A stretch of 63,187 nt of DNA, filler included, from Licmophora abbreviata (GCA_900291995.1; 4 parts of 4 records of this genome joined end to end with filler, not necessarily neighbours in it); one strand, 5' to 3'. Numbered from the whole stretch's first letter, positions 1-11,951 are shown. Notes: a model not told the origin generated them from the sequence alone. Made by a program: numbers and translations.

Positions 1-867
1 CACCGTCCCCGGTACGTTCATGACGAATGTCGCTCAACCTCCAGGAACAGCCGTTGCGCAGTCTCCAATGCCACCGCCCCAGTACTTGCAGATGCCCACT
101 CAGCAAAATCCAGGAATGCCGCCGTCACAGCCAGGCACGTACGTCGCTCCTGTACCTGCCGGTTGGCCCCAGCAGCCGCAGATACAGCAGCCCGCACCGG
201 CTTCGGTCCCACCGACGGACATTTTTGGACTCGCCGAGAAAGCTGCTGCAGCTCTCCAAGGCGTCCCCGTGTTGTCCAACCCCCCAGCGCCACCGCAACA
301 CCAACAACAGATGCAATTCCAGAGTCCGCCGCAGAACCTGTTCTCGATGTCGCCTATGAATGCAAACGCATTTCAAGCTCAGCAGCAGCCTCCAAGACAG
401 CAGCAGCAGTCTCGTCGGGGACGTACCACCGCCAACATTCACGAGCTTCCGATAACGGTCCAATACGCTGTACAGGTACGCAAACTGTTGAGTCGCGCTC
501 GTCTGTTTGTTGTGTAAGTATCTAATCGCATCTGCTTCATCGTTCTCAAACGTTCCTGCTTTACTTTATTCTAGAATTTACAAGCCACAGGTCACGTGGA
601 CGGTCAGCTGGACGAAGGAATGCTAGGTATGATCAAAGACCTCCCAGAACACATGGCGCTTGCAGCGCTTTCGAAGTTTGCATCCATCAACACGAGCACC
701 ATGCGCAACAAGAATGTACGTTCAGGATCGTCTACGTGACTGCTTTTTGAGTTATGTGTGTCTTCGAATCCCATCGAGAAACTGACTTCGTTTGCTTCTT
801 CTTCTCTCATTAGGCCTATCTCGCAGGCGTCCTTCGACGCGAGCTCGAGAAGATCAACATGCGTTAG
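1..867 (+). CDS. Pro/Gln-rich protein with C-terminal hnRNP Q/R acidic (NURR)-like domain; probably 5'-partial. Exons <1-475, 575-715, 814-867
   Basis: GT-AG introns 476-574 and 716-813 give the in-frame C-terminus [49 protein letters not shown], resembling the hnRNP Q acidic-domain consensus (LDERALDAL...V.NKSAFL.GV). Confidence 0.65.
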
Positions 868-1298
868 GCAGGATCCATACCCTTTGTCGCCCTCCACACA
901 CGCACATTCTCATTCACTTCTCTCGTTATCACACGATGCTATATTCCCTCCCATCGTTGCGAACCGCGTCCTCCGGACTGACGCCACTAACTCGATTTCC
1001 TCATCGCTATCATGCGCACCCCCACTAATATATCTCCTTTTCCGATATCTACCCGTATGAAGAACTCAGTGTAGATTTCTCCCTAGCTATTGTTTCGTGA
1101 TTATCGGTAGACTAGACTACTCTACTACTCTAGGATTGCTTTTGGACGCAAACCCACACGCAGCCGTCCGCCATTCCGTGTGTCCGAATGCCAACAAAAG
1201 GCACCCATTTATCATGCCAGGCTGTGTTAGGCTGATGTGCCTTTTTGCAATCATCGCCACACAAAATCACAACTTTTCGTTCCTCACATCATGGGATC

Positions 1299-2273
1299 AT
1301 GGGCCGCTGCTGCATTCAGATCGTAATGGTGCGTCGTTTCCTACTTGGTGTGCTCAGGATATACAGTCGTGTACCGTCGTCAACCTCTCACTCACTCCTC
1401 TTTCTTGCAGGGACCTGCGGGTTCGGGAAAATCGACGTACTGTCATGGCATGCAAGAGCACTGTGCCACGCTGACGGGTCCCCGCCGTCGTCGCGTGCAA
1501 GTGGCCAACTTGGATCCTGCTGCCGAGAACTTTGCCTACGATGTAGCATTCGATGTAAGGGACCTAATCTCGGCCGACGAAGTAATGGAAGAACTGCAAT
1601 TGGGACCCAACGGATCGCTCATTTACTGCATGGAGTATCTCTTGGAACACTTGTCGTGGTTGCACGATCATTTGGAAGCATACGGCGATGACGAGTACTT
1701 GATTCTGGACTGTCCAGGTCAGCTTGAACTGTATACACATGTTCCCATCATGAGGCGAATACTGGATCGTATGCGCATGTGGGGGTACGAGTCGAGCATG
1801 GTGAGCGTCTTTTGCGTCGATGCTACTTTCATGGGCGATACTTCCAAGTTCATTTCTGGGTCGTTGTTGTCGCTGAGTGCCATGATTGCCTTGGAAATGC
1901 CTCATGTCAATGTTTTGACTAAATGTGACTTGATGGACGAGGAAGAAGTCGCGAGCATGTTGAACGTACAGAGTGCGACTCAGTTGTGGGATATCGAGCA
2001 GGATCGTGTGGCTCTTGTTGAGGGTGAAGGCGAAGACGAAGAACGACAACGGTTGTTGGCACAGCGAAGGCGAAACGAAACAAGCTGACTGAGTCTATCA
2101 GCTCATTGATTGACGACTACTCGATGGTCAGCTTTATACCGTTGAATCTCAGAGATGAGGATAGCATCGACCACGTACTAGCAACAGTCGATCACACGAT
2201 ACAATACGGTGAAGACCTCGAGGTCCGCGGCGCCGAAGGAGAAGACCAACTGGGCGAAGTCGATTACGAATGA
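1299..2273 (+). CDS. GPN3: GPN-loop GTPase 3; intron 1329-1410; apparent 1-nt deletion near 2073
   Basis: Spliced N-terminus MGRCCIQIVM/GPAGSGKSTYC; NLDPAAE, LGPNG, DCPGQLELYTH motifs. The conserved C-terminus KLTESISSLIDDYSMVSFIPLN...IQYGED lies in another frame and ends at TGA 2271-2273. Confidence 0.92.
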
Positions 2274-2366
2274 GTATAAAGAGAAACCGTAAGCTTCGAA
2301 AATGTGCTCGTTCTATCATACAGGTAATACTGCTTCAATACTGCCTAGCTGCAGCAGCTGGCTTGT

Positions 2367-3815
2367 CTATGTTGTGCGCACAGTACCTTCCTTGTTGTCG
2401 TCCATTTTACAACCGGCTCGCGCAAGCCCAACTCGTCGCTCTTGCACATCAAATAACACATCGTATCCAATCATGGCATTTGAGCCCAGGACAGCACCCA
2501 CTGGCTCATCCACATAAATGCGATTCGTCAGTTGCCGATTCCCCTTCCACGGTTCTACAGTGCCATCGACCACAGACAGTAGGACATTCTCCATGTACGT
2601 TTGTGGTTGAATGATCAATGTCGTGTTGCCTTCGAACGTAAGACTGACATTTGGCAGGCGGGAAAACTCGACATGTGTGTAAAATCGAGTACGCGTCTGG
2701 GAGTACAGCAGACCCGTTACGCTCCTCCACGCCTTTTCGAATGGAGCCGCCACCGCGTGCGGAAGAAAGGTGTCGGTAGTTCCACTGTCCAAAATTGTTC
2801 CTTTGCCTCGACCGAAACTTGACAAGACTGACTTGGAGTCCCCGCAGGTAATGCAAATATCGCCTACGTGCACGTACGTCACTGGCAAGGAGTAGAATCC
2901 ATTCTCCTTGTCGAGGGGTACAAATCGCATAGGCTCCGTGTGCGTATGCTCGGCCGCCGTACCACCCAGTGAAAGCTGTCCTCCCTCTCTCGTAAAGCAG
3001 AGAGAAAAGGCATGGCGATGGATTGCCCCAGCATCGTACAGTGCCTTGACAATGCTAGTGTCATGAAGCGCCAACCCCAGTATTCCATCTGCATACTGCC
3101 TACGAAACAAGCCCCCTGCGCTCGTTTGACATCCAAACACATGAGGAATAGCGAGCTGCATGAGTCTATCATGCACGACACTGTCGTGCACATTACTGCC
3201 ACCAAACCACACAATGTCTTCCAACTCAAACGCATTCCACGACGAGCCTTCTGTATACTTCTGAGACAGCACGCAGCGACGGGTGAACTGGGAACAGGAG
3301 GACACGCCGACGCCCAATCCACAGTTTCCACATTCTGGTATTATCGCCGTACTGCTCTGATTGTAATCAAAGTACTTGCTCGCGTGCGTTCCACATGTCA
3401 TGCACTCGGAGCATGGAAATGACATGAGTCGACTGCCCGTATCGACAATCAGGGTCTGTCGTTGCGGTGGTGAGCCGACAAAGACATAGACATGATGAGT
3501 TCCGGAAGTAGCATGTAACGGCAACGTAGCAGTAGCGAGGGGATACGACAACGAGGATGTGCGATTCGTAGAATGTGGCTTTAGATCTAATGACGATCCA
3601 CGGAGCAAGTGTTTCTGTGCCAGGCGGCGGCGGCAAGAGACCATCAGCGCTTCGTCGTCACCGTCGCAGTGATGGTGATGCTGCCCTACTGATTTCACGG
3701 CGTCAGGCTCGCTCCAGGAGAATGAAATGCCCATCAGAAATAGCAAACTGAGCAAATCGCAACCCACACGACGTCTTCTCCCTGTCGAGAGGGGTCTATA
3801 TCCTTCCATCCTCAT
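2367..3815 (-). CDS. Pepsin-family (A1) aspartic protease, plasmepsin V/BACE-like, probably entering the secretory pathway
   Basis: Catalytic motifs IVDTGS and ILDSGT, QKYTEGSSW flap, ADGILGL, VLGSNAMIGYDVLFD; hydrophobic N-terminal segment. Confidence 0.9.
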   Translation of the reverse strand: MRMEGYRPLSTGRRRRVGCDLLSLLFLMGISFSWSEPDAVKSVGQHHHHCDGDDEALMVSCRRRLAQKHLLRGSSLDLKPHSTNRTSSLSYPLATATLPLHATSGTHHVYVFVGSPPQRQTLIVDTGSRLMSFPCSECMTCGTHASKYFDYNQSSTAIIPECGNCGLGVGVSSCSQFTRRCVLSQKYTEGSSWNAFELEDIVWFGGSNVHDSVVHDRLMQLAIPHVFGCQTSAGGLFRRQYADGILGLALHDTSIVKALYDAGAIHRHAFSLCFTREGGQLSLGGTAAEHTHTEPMRFVPLDKENGFYSLPVTYVHVGDICITCGDSKSVLSSFGRGKGTILDSGTTDTFLPHAVAAPFEKAWRSVTGLLYSQTRTRFYTHVEFSRLPNVSLTFEGNTTLIIQPQTYMENVLLSVVDGTVEPWKGNRQLTNRIYVDEPVGAVLGSNAMIGYDVLFDVQERRVGLARAGCKMDDNKEGTVRTT

Positions 3816-4097
3816 GTTTTACAGGCCAATAGGTCAACGGCGTGCCTTCTCTTGCGCCATTGTGGATGATGTGTCGATGTGTCGGTCATGGCGTCATGGA
3901 GTCGAAATGGCCCAGCGCGCCGGCCGGCCTCACTCTGATCGCGAGCTTTTCTGTGGTGGGAAAAAACACAAGAGAAAAAAGCATCAAATCTGCATCGATC
4001 GAACCCGGCTTCAATTGAAATCGTCCCAGCCTCGGCATTGTCGTCGCTTGTCTTGCTTTCTCGCTTGTTATCCGGTTACTGCATTCTCCGAATCACC

Positions 4098-7000
4098 ATG
4101 GTAGTCGCGGAAGTGCCTCTGTGGGTCCTGCATTCAGCAGCATCGACCGGAGGCGCACCTGGTGACCGCAACGCCGCGTCAACCTCCGCAAGCAACGCAA
4201 CAGCTGCGGCGACACCCCATTTCTCTCTCGCCACAGAGTCCGTTGCATTCTTGGAGAGTGCTAGTGCGAAACAAAAGTGTGCAATATACTCGATTGATTT
4301 TCATCCGGGTGGAACTAAATTTGCAACGGGCGGCGGCGATGGCACGGTGCGACTCTGGAACAGCTCTGCGCTCTTTCAAACAAACGCGGAGGGTGGAAGT
4401 TATACTAGTACCGGAGCAAAGAATGCATATGCTAGTACGGCCAGTAGTGGTGGCGAGACGAGCGAAAATGAGGATGGCATGAGTGCGACGAATAGTAGCA
4501 GTGTCGTCGCCAGCGCGGACGAACAACAACAAGAAAATGTCGGTGTTCATGACCTCAATCAACTCGTGAGACGAAAGAAAGATGGATCGACCCCACTGAA
4601 GCAACTTCCAACTACTCCATCGGCGTCAGTCGGTGTCTCACTAGCGCCATCACCGCAACAAGCCCGGGAATCTCATCATCGGCTGCTCTGTACCATGTCG
4701 GCTCACACTGGCTCGTCCGTTCTGGCGGTTCGCTTCAGTACTTCTGGACACTATTTGGCTTCGGCCGGTGACGATGCTGCCGTATGTATCTATGCGAAAG
4801 GCAGCAGTACGATGATTGGAAATTTGGATCAGCACCGCCACCATGTCGAACATTGGACTCGCATCAAGCTTTGCCGAGGGCATACATTGGATGCCGTCGG
4901 CTTGGCATGGGCCCCGGACGACTCGCATCTTGTGAGTTGCTCCCTCGACTCGGATGCACCCATTATTGTTTGGAAGCTGACGGATCTCGTTGAGAATACA
5001 AATGCAAGTGCGAGCGGTATATCGTCACAGAAAATTATGTGTCATCCCTACAAGGTACTGGGAAAGGGCATTCACACTTCAACCGTCAAGGGCGTCACGT
5101 TTGATCCAGCTGGAACGTATTTGGCTTCTTCGGGTGACGACCCCGCTGTGTGTATTTGGCGGGCTCACGATGATTGGGGACTCGAGAAACGCATTGACGA
5201 TGGGATCTTTCGAAAATGGAAAGAAGACGAACGAGAATTGTCCAGCCAAACGTTATTTCGACGATTGAGTTGGTCGACAGATGGAACCTATATTTGCAGT
5301 ACCAACGGGACAGTAAAGAATAAGCACGTGGCCTCAACAATTTCGCGAGAGGGATGGAGTGTGAGTAGCAGTCAGTCGGCCGCTGCGGGTGCGGCTAACC
5401 TGGTTGGACACAAACAGCCAGTGGTCGTGAGTCGGCATTGTCCGCAGCTCTTGGATGTGCGAAAAGGACACGAACACGACGAGGATGACGACGAAGAGCC
5501 CGAATACGCCACCTTGGTTGCCTTGGGCGACAAGAAGGGATTCGTTTCGGTATGGAGTACGCGTAGATCACGTCCTATCTTTAAGCTACAGTGCAGCGAG
5601 AGTCGGTGCACCGTAACTGATCTGTCGTGGGGTCGATCGCCAAATGGAGACGACATGATGTTATTGGTGTCGTTGTTGGACGGTCAAGTTGTGGCGCTGA
5701 AGTTTGGAGTGCCCTCCGAGATGGGCTCCTTTCTAAGCGGTCGAGATCAACAACGGGTCTTTCAGCTCCGTTATGGAATTGATCTTGGCGACGGCGCCGG
5801 CATGGGAAGAAGGCGCATGTTTGTCGGGGACCATTCGGCGCCCAAGCTTATCGAGAATGCTCTGCAATTTGCATTGGAAGAAAAGAAAGAAGAAGACGGC
5901 GATGATATTGGTGCCGACCTTGACGTGTCATCGACCGATGACGACAGGCCGATTGGTCAGTTACCATCTCCGAATCGAGTCAAGAAAATGCAGTCTGAAA
6001 CCCAGAGTAATGGGAAGAAACGCATTCGACCGGTCTTGATGGCAGTCGATGAGGGTGACAAGAGAGCAAAGTCGATTGGGGATGCCAAGGCCAAGAAGAA
6101 AAGGTCGGATCCAGTCAAGGAGGCACTTGAGTCTGCCGAGCGAGCCGCGTCTACTGCCGAGGGTTTAACCGCAGCTTCGGCGAAGCGTGACGCATCATCC
6201 AAGGGAGGACATGAGTCTCTTGATCGCCAGAGCTCCGATGCTGATCAGGCGAACGCGTCTCACCACGTGCATCGTCTGTCTCCTGCGACAGCCGAAGTGG
6301 CGCATCCCCGCCTGCCTCACAGTACGAGCCGGATACACTCTATCGACCTTTCGGTTCCACCCGACTCCATCCTATCGACAACTGAGGCGAACGGTTCTTC
6401 TTCCAAGATGATCGCTGACTGCACCAATATCATGCATACACCACCTGGGTCGTCCGGGCAGCCGCTGCCATGTGCTGTCTTGTCCATTAGCCGAGGTGGC
6501 AAGTCGCGATGGAAAGACGAAATACTGGGCACGACGTGCAGTGCCATCGCAGCCGCCAAAAGACTTCTGGCTGTAGGAACAGCTGACGGTACCGTCTATG
6601 TCTATGGAGCAGGGACGACGCTGGGATGGGCGAGTGGATCTGCTTTTCGTGCCCTCCCCCCTCTTGTTGTTGGACACGCCATCGTTTCCTTGCAGCTTGT
6701 CGAAGACGACGACGAGGTGTTGCGCATGCTCGTCGTCTCCGCCGACGGCGTCTTTGGCGTGTATACGATTACACCAGAGTGCAAGCTAGTCTACAAGGGA
6801 TCAATCCTACCTGCGATGACTCACATGAGCTTATCCACTACAGGCCAGTCGAAGGAACTTGCCAACCTAGCCCGTATCCAGATTACCGACTCGGACCACT
6901 TGTTTCTCATTTTGTCACTGGAATCTCCCGACTCGTCAACCAGAACATTCGCAGACGAGAATTCTCGAAGTCGGTCCAGCCAGGCCCCAGTCTCGTATGG

Positions 7001-7592
7001 TGTGGGTGGCGCGCTACAAGCATTCGTCTACAATCTTGACATGGAGTTGTGGCTACGTGTTTCCGACAGTCGCTTCCTCCTTTCAGATTTCTACAGCTCT
7101 CTGCCCACCAAGTCGTCCAGCAAGGGCGTGCTCGAGACCATGGACGATTCTGTCAAGAGCGGGTGTGCTCGCTCATCCCTCAAGCCCTCCCGACGTACCG
7201 GAAATGGTGTCAGGTCATCCGACGTGTATCATGCCGCCGAGGAAGAAGATGGCCGCAACATTGTAACTCGATCGCACTGTGAAGATCGACTGGCATGTGC
7301 CCTGGCGCTAAATTCGCCTGGCGAGTTCCGTTGCTGGTTGGTACTGTACATTCGAAGCTTGACCATGGGAGGGCACGATGATCACCTGCGATTCGTGGTG
7401 GATCTACTTCTTGGGAGTCCCTCGTCGATTTTGGAATCTGCAACGCCTTGTTGGTGGCTCTCATCGGCGCCGACTGTCTTGGGTCTAGACCGAAAAGAGC
7501 TTGTGAAGACGGTCGTTATCCCAGAAATGAGTAAGAACCGTGCCCTGCAACGAGTCACAAACGAAGTAGCAATGGAGGTCGAGGCTGTTTGA
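4098..7592 (+). CDS. HIRA: Histone chaperone HIRA/Hir1
   Basis: N-terminal P.WV.H, WD40 repeats (IYSIDFHP..FATGGGDGTVRLW; VKGVTFDPAGTYLAS; FRRLSWS.DG), B-domain GKKRIRP, C-terminal Hira domain (SHCEDRLACALALNS..EFRCWL..Y). Confidence 0.93.
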   Translation: MVVAEVPLWVLHSAASTGGAPGDRNAASTSASNATAAATPHFSLATESVAFLESASAKQKCAIYSIDFHPGGTKFATGGGDGTVRLWNSSALFQTNAEGGSYTSTGAKNAYASTASSGGETSENEDGMSATNSSSVVASADEQQQENVGVHDLNQLVRRKKDGSTPLKQLPTTPSASVGVSLAPSPQQARESHHRLLCTMSAHTGSSVLAVRFSTSGHYLASAGDDAAVCIYAKGSSTMIGNLDQHRHHVEHWTRIKLCRGHTLDAVGLAWAPDDSHLVSCSLDSDAPIIVWKLTDLVENTNASASGISSQKIMCHPYKVLGKGIHTSTVKGVTFDPAGTYLASSGDDPAVCIWRAHDDWGLEKRIDDGIFRKWKEDERELSSQTLFRRLSWSTDGTYICSTNGTVKNKHVASTISREGWSVSSSQSAAAGAANLVGHKQPVVVSRHCPQLLDVRKGHEHDEDDDEEPEYATLVALGDKKGFVSVWSTRRSRPIFKLQCSESRCTVTDLSWGRSPNGDDMMLLVSLLDGQVVALKFGVPSEMGSFLSGRDQQRVFQLRYGIDLGDGAGMGRRRMFVGDHSAPKLIENALQFALEEKKEEDGDDIGADLDVSSTDDDRPIGQLPSPNRVKKMQSETQSNGKKRIRPVLMAVDEGDKRAKSIGDAKAKKKRSDPVKEALESAERAASTAEGLTAASAKRDASSKGGHESLDRQSSDADQANASHHVHRLSPATAEVAHPRLPHSTSRIHSIDLSVPPDSILSTTEANGSSSKMIADCTNIMHTPPGSSGQPLPCAVLSISRGGKSRWKDEILGTTCSAIAAAKRLLAVGTADGTVYVYGAGTTLGWASGSAFRALPPLVVGHAIVSLQLVEDDDEVLRMLVVSADGVFGVYTITPECKLVYKGSILPAMTHMSLSTTGQSKELANLARIQITDSDHLFLILSLESPDSSTRTFADENSRSRSSQAPVSYGVGGALQAFVYNLDMELWLRVSDSRFLLSDFYSSLPTKSSSKGVLETMDDSVKSGCARSSLKPSRRTGNGVRSSDVYHAAEEEDGRNIVTRSHCEDRLACALALNSPGEFRCWLVLYIRSLTMGGHDDHLRFVVDLLLGSPSSILESATPCWWLSSAPTVLGLDRKELVKTVVIPEMSKNRALQRVTNEVAMEVEAV

Positions 7593-8156
7593 GAGCAGCA
7601 TTGTGTCGGCGTCGAGAAGTGTTGGTTAGCTGGTAGTCTATCATTAACTCTACAACGCAGCGCTATGGTAATACAAAGAGTCCAGGTAGACTAAAGGAAG
7701 TGCTGGTACTCCAAGATAGCATTTCTTAAGACTAAGAAGATGTGGTCATGTAAGATGTTAGCGTGGAGGTCGCGTTTCTACCTGTCGGTCGGAGGATCGG
7801 AATACATACTGGCACGATACCGGTAGAATGCGGTCTGCGGCCTCTGCGTCCGTTGAGATTTGCGTCTGGCCTCGCTCGCTCGTCGTTTGGAACCATTTTT
7901 AAGACGGACCGAGGCCAGGCCATTTTCCAAAAACCCAACATTATATTGGAAAAGGGTAGTAAGAACAAGAACTATATCTGGGCATGGAATGCTAGGAATC
8001 AGGTTACAGCCACGTACGACTCCTTGCGTTGCTTCGCCGCCATTCGCACCAAGACCGCCACACGGGCAAAAGGCGCTGAGGTACAGAAGTCAACTGCTGC
8101 TGCATGAGAGCCTTGCCGTCTTCTGTGTCTCTTTGCTGGATCAGTTAAAACCAACC

Positions 8157-10907
8157 ATGGACCGGAGACTTCTTAGGGTGCGTCAAGATCGACGGCGTCG
8201 TGCTGCGCTCCGAGGCAGATTTATCAATGACGACGACCGTCTTATGAACCTCGTCGACTTTGACGCTGCACGTCATCACGCGCCGGTCGTGGCCGTACGC
8301 ATCGACAATGCCGAGGCACTGATGGACGACGAGATCGAACTAGCACAAGCTGCCGAAGCAAACTTCGATGACGAGGCTCAGCGGGGTCGAAACGCTGCCA
8401 CTATTTCGCCGCGGCTTTTCGACATGATCCGGTCCGAGCATACGTGTACGTCTGTCTTGTCGGGATGGGGATCCGACCGCTCTTGCGAGAGTATTGTTAC
8501 AGCCTGTAGAGAGAACAACGACGAGGCTTTCTTTGCACTTCCCATGACAGGGAGAACCCCGCTCCACGAGGCGTGTCTTCGGAATGCTTGCATACACGTG
8601 ATCCGCTCACTGCTGCAAGTGAGTCCGCTTGTAGCCTCGGACCGTGATCATGCCGGAAACACACCACTGCACCACTTGTTTGTTGACTTCTCGTATCGAT
8701 CGGTCAATGCGCAAGAGATCGATGACATCACCCGGGCGCTTTTGGCTGGAAATCCGGCGACCATTGCGGCTACATCGAACTCGGAAGGAAACAAGCCACT
8801 GCACATGGCATGCGCCGCACCGGAATCCATGGTGCTTGCATCCACCTTGCAATTCCTAATCCAGGCCAGTCCAGAGAGTGCTTCGACGATCAATCTCCGC
8901 TGTCAGACTCCGTTGAGTACGTACTGCAAGCAGCGTCATGCCACTCCAGCGTTTGCAAAAATTCTTTTGGATGCGCATCCGGAGGCGGCGCAAAAGCGGG
9001 ATACCGGTGGAAGGACGCCTCTGCACGATGCTGCCCAAAATTCGAATTCGGAACTCGTTCAATTCTTGGTGAATCAGGCTCCGACATCTGCCAATATTCG
9101 TACGATGCCGAGCGGTCGGACTGCGCTTCACTTGCTTTGCATGCAGAATCCTCACGAAGAAGACATACCGGCCATCCAAGCCTTGTTGACTGCCGAACCA
9201 GGCGTTTTGGAAATGAGAGACACACGTCTTGATCAGGCACCGCTGCATATTATCTGCAAGAATCCTCGAATGTCACTGAACGTCGTTCAACTTCTGACCA
9301 ATAGGGCGGTGGCTGCCACGTCGGACATTGACCGCTATACACCGCTTCATTACGCGTGTGAGACTGGAGCGCCTGAGCAGGTTGTTCAGCACTTGCTTAG
9401 TGTCTATGAAGAGGCCGCAAAGTTGATGACGCGCAAACAAAACACGGCATTGCATATTGCGTGTGGCGCCAACTTGTCGGTCGGGACCGTGCGACTTCTG
9501 ATTCAAGCAAATCCAGAGGCTATGACTATGACGAACGATTATGGCTTCACGCCGTTGCATTGTGTGTGTCGTGCCTACCAGCCTCGCATGGGGATCGTGC
9601 AGGCGTTGCTCGAAGCGAACCCGCACAGTGTCATCTTGCGAACGCATGGAGGAGAAACGCCGGCTCATTTGGCCTGTAGCTCGGGTGCCTTCGTCGGAGT
9701 GTTGCAACTTTTGACGGAAGCACAGTCGTCAGTCAGCGACTCGACCACCAAGCCCCGTGACTTGTTGGCCACTGCCAAAATGACTAACAAAATTGGTAAT
9801 ACGCCCCTACACGAAGCTTGCTTCCGTTCGACCGCATCCTTCGAACACATTGAAACGTTGGCAAGGGCGAATCCAGAATGGATTGTTATTCGCAACAACG
9901 CTGGATACACTCCACTGCAAATCGTGTGCAAGGGAGGACGGTTGGATGAGCGCATTGTGTCGATATTTGCTATGATTCGAGGCCCGGAAGTCTTTTCTGT
10001 CGTCGACTCGGGCGGCCACACGCCCCTTCATTCTGCAAGTCGCGAAGGCACAAGTATGGAGTCGATCCGATCGCTGATTCGAGCCTATCCCGACGCGCTG
10101 TGCCTCAAGACGACCTACGGAGACACACCGTTGCACCTGGCATGCCTTCGTGGAGCCAGTGTCGAGGTTGTCCAGTACTTGGCCGAAGCCAGTAGCGACG
10201 GACGTCACTCGCCGCTCATGGAGCCGAATACTGCAGGGCAAACCCCGATTGGCATCGTCATTGAGCAGTATCAGGTGCTATGTCGTCTAGGTGGATGCTG
10301 CGTCACGTCCGCTCGATCCGAGCTTGTACGGACCTTCAATGTACTCGCGGTGCTCGTCAAGATAGTGTTTTATGGAGCATCTTACGAAAATTCTCTGGTC
10401 AGGCCAGCCAGCCTTGTGCGAGCCTGTGTGGCGCTTCACCGCCAGAACGTCCGCTTGGACCCTGCCTTTATTCGTCGTGCCATTCATCTCTATCCGGAAG
10501 AGGTGCGCATGATGGACGAGGACGGGAACTACCCACTTCATATAGAAGCGAGCATCCCGATCGAAAAGATGATCCTGCTTGACCCGAATACAAAGGGGTG
10601 TTGTACCGGGTCATGTCACACGCGAATGGGTGTACTGGACATGCTCCTTGAGGCCTTCCCAGAGGCATGCCGAGCGAGGAACAAAACTGACGCGTTTCCT
10701 CTTGGTCTGATGATGCTCAACGGTAGACCATGGAACCGCGCTTTTGCGCGTGCCTTACGCGAGTTCCCACCGGCCTTGCACTGGCACCACCTTGGGATCG
10801 ACGAGAAGCTCTTACCTAACACCATTGCCAAGGTATCGCGGGAATGCGGGATGGATACGCTTTACAACTTCATCAACAGCAGACCAGAAGTTGTTCGGAA
10901 GCGTTAA
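8157..10907 (+). CDS. Large ankyrin-repeat protein
   Basis: More than 12 G.TPLH.AC repeats and a diatom-type C-terminus (D..GNYPLH, GRPW); start taken at ATG 8157 (MDRRLLR). Confidence 0.88.
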   Translation: MDRRLLRVRQDRRRRAALRGRFINDDDRLMNLVDFDAARHHAPVVAVRIDNAEALMDDEIELAQAAEANFDDEAQRGRNAATISPRLFDMIRSEHTCTSVLSGWGSDRSCESIVTACRENNDEAFFALPMTGRTPLHEACLRNACIHVIRSLLQVSPLVASDRDHAGNTPLHHLFVDFSYRSVNAQEIDDITRALLAGNPATIAATSNSEGNKPLHMACAAPESMVLASTLQFLIQASPESASTINLRCQTPLSTYCKQRHATPAFAKILLDAHPEAAQKRDTGGRTPLHDAAQNSNSELVQFLVNQAPTSANIRTMPSGRTALHLLCMQNPHEEDIPAIQALLTAEPGVLEMRDTRLDQAPLHIICKNPRMSLNVVQLLTNRAVAATSDIDRYTPLHYACETGAPEQVVQHLLSVYEEAAKLMTRKQNTALHIACGANLSVGTVRLLIQANPEAMTMTNDYGFTPLHCVCRAYQPRMGIVQALLEANPHSVILRTHGGETPAHLACSSGAFVGVLQLLTEAQSSVSDSTTKPRDLLATAKMTNKIGNTPLHEACFRSTASFEHIETLARANPEWIVIRNNAGYTPLQIVCKGGRLDERIVSIFAMIRGPEVFSVVDSGGHTPLHSASREGTSMESIRSLIRAYPDALCLKTTYGDTPLHLACLRGASVEVVQYLAEASSDGRHSPLMEPNTAGQTPIGIVIEQYQVLCRLGGCCVTSARSELVRTFNVLAVLVKIVFYGASYENSLVRPASLVRACVALHRQNVRLDPAFIRRAIHLYPEEVRMMDEDGNYPLHIEASIPIEKMILLDPNTKGCCTGSCHTRMGVLDMLLEAFPEACRARNKTDAFPLGLMMLNGRPWNRAFARALREFPPALHWHHLGIDEKLLPNTIAKVSRECGMDTLYNFINSRPEVVRKR

Positions 10908-11238
10908 CGTTTCCGATTAGGTACGTCGTGAAGATTTGGCTCTACGAGAAGCAACAACGAGCCCTTCTATCTACATCAAATCTACAATACTCTACCAACG
11001 GGAAAAAAGAAGCTCTAGCAAAAACGTTTTTCTTAGTGCATAGCTTAGTTTCCACTGTATTGGCCACATTCGAAATGCTTCGCCTTGTTGGCCTCGGAGG
11101 ATAGCATGGTTCCCCGAGGTCGTAGCAGCAGCAGAGTTATGAGGAAGTCGTCGTCGTCAAGACAAACGAGTCTTCTAGATAGCGTCAAGCAAAATCCACA
11201 ATGACATGGACAAGCCCTATATCGCCCCTTGATTCCCC

Positions 11239-11951
11239 CTACTCGATGTCTTCAAATGCAAAGATCATCGGGTGGCCGTCGGGCGCTTCCGACGTCACGT
11301 CGAATTCGGAGCCGCCGACGTCGTCATCATCGGTGTCCTTCTTCTCCTCACCAATCGGAGCGGATCGTAGGTCGTCTGACGCTTCTCACGACTCTCTGTG
11401 ATGAGTCGATACATGTTCCAGGTGCGGAGGTCATACAACTTGGATAGATACTCCGTGTCGGTCTCAGGAGACTGCGCCAAATGACTGCTGCGGTCGGCAC
11501 GAAGAGGTCGGGGTTGCGGGCACTGCACGGGAACAGAAGAAGGGCGATTGGAATTCATCGGCGACGATGTCTTCTTGCGCTCTCCCTCTGGCGGTGGAAG
11601 TCGTTCGACTGAGTTGCATGAAGAGCGGATAGAATACGATGGGCGAATGGTCCAGAACGAAGATGTTAGCATGACTGGACGATTGGGAGTGACCGACTTC
11701 TCCGGCATCAAAATTCCTGATGGGAACTCTCCCCATTTCTCTTCTTCCTCCTCTCTGTAATCTATGGACGTTGAGGACGTGCAACGACGACTGGATGAAG
11801 AGGGTCGACGCACAGGAGTCTGATAAGATTGCACAGTGGTGACCTGAGATGACCGTCGGCTTGGAGGCGTTCTCAACACTGCAGGAGTCGAATCTTCGCG
11901 TTCCTTAGAGGCGGACTGACTTTCTTGGGGTTTCGAGTGACCCAGACCCAT
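11239..11951 (-). CDS. Hypothetical protein with N-terminal MG (possible myristoylation) and YD..TW.MY..I motif; apparent frameshift near 11357
   Basis: MGLGHSK start; YDLRTWNMYRLITESR motif; acidic tail ...DTDDDDVGGSEFD...MIFAFEDIE* in the adjacent frame. Confidence 0.55.

Noticed and set aside
1299..2273. GPN3 as a pseudogene or programmed frameshift
   Set aside because: Essential gene, otherwise intact, with no slippery heptamer; the same error pattern occurs in four other genes
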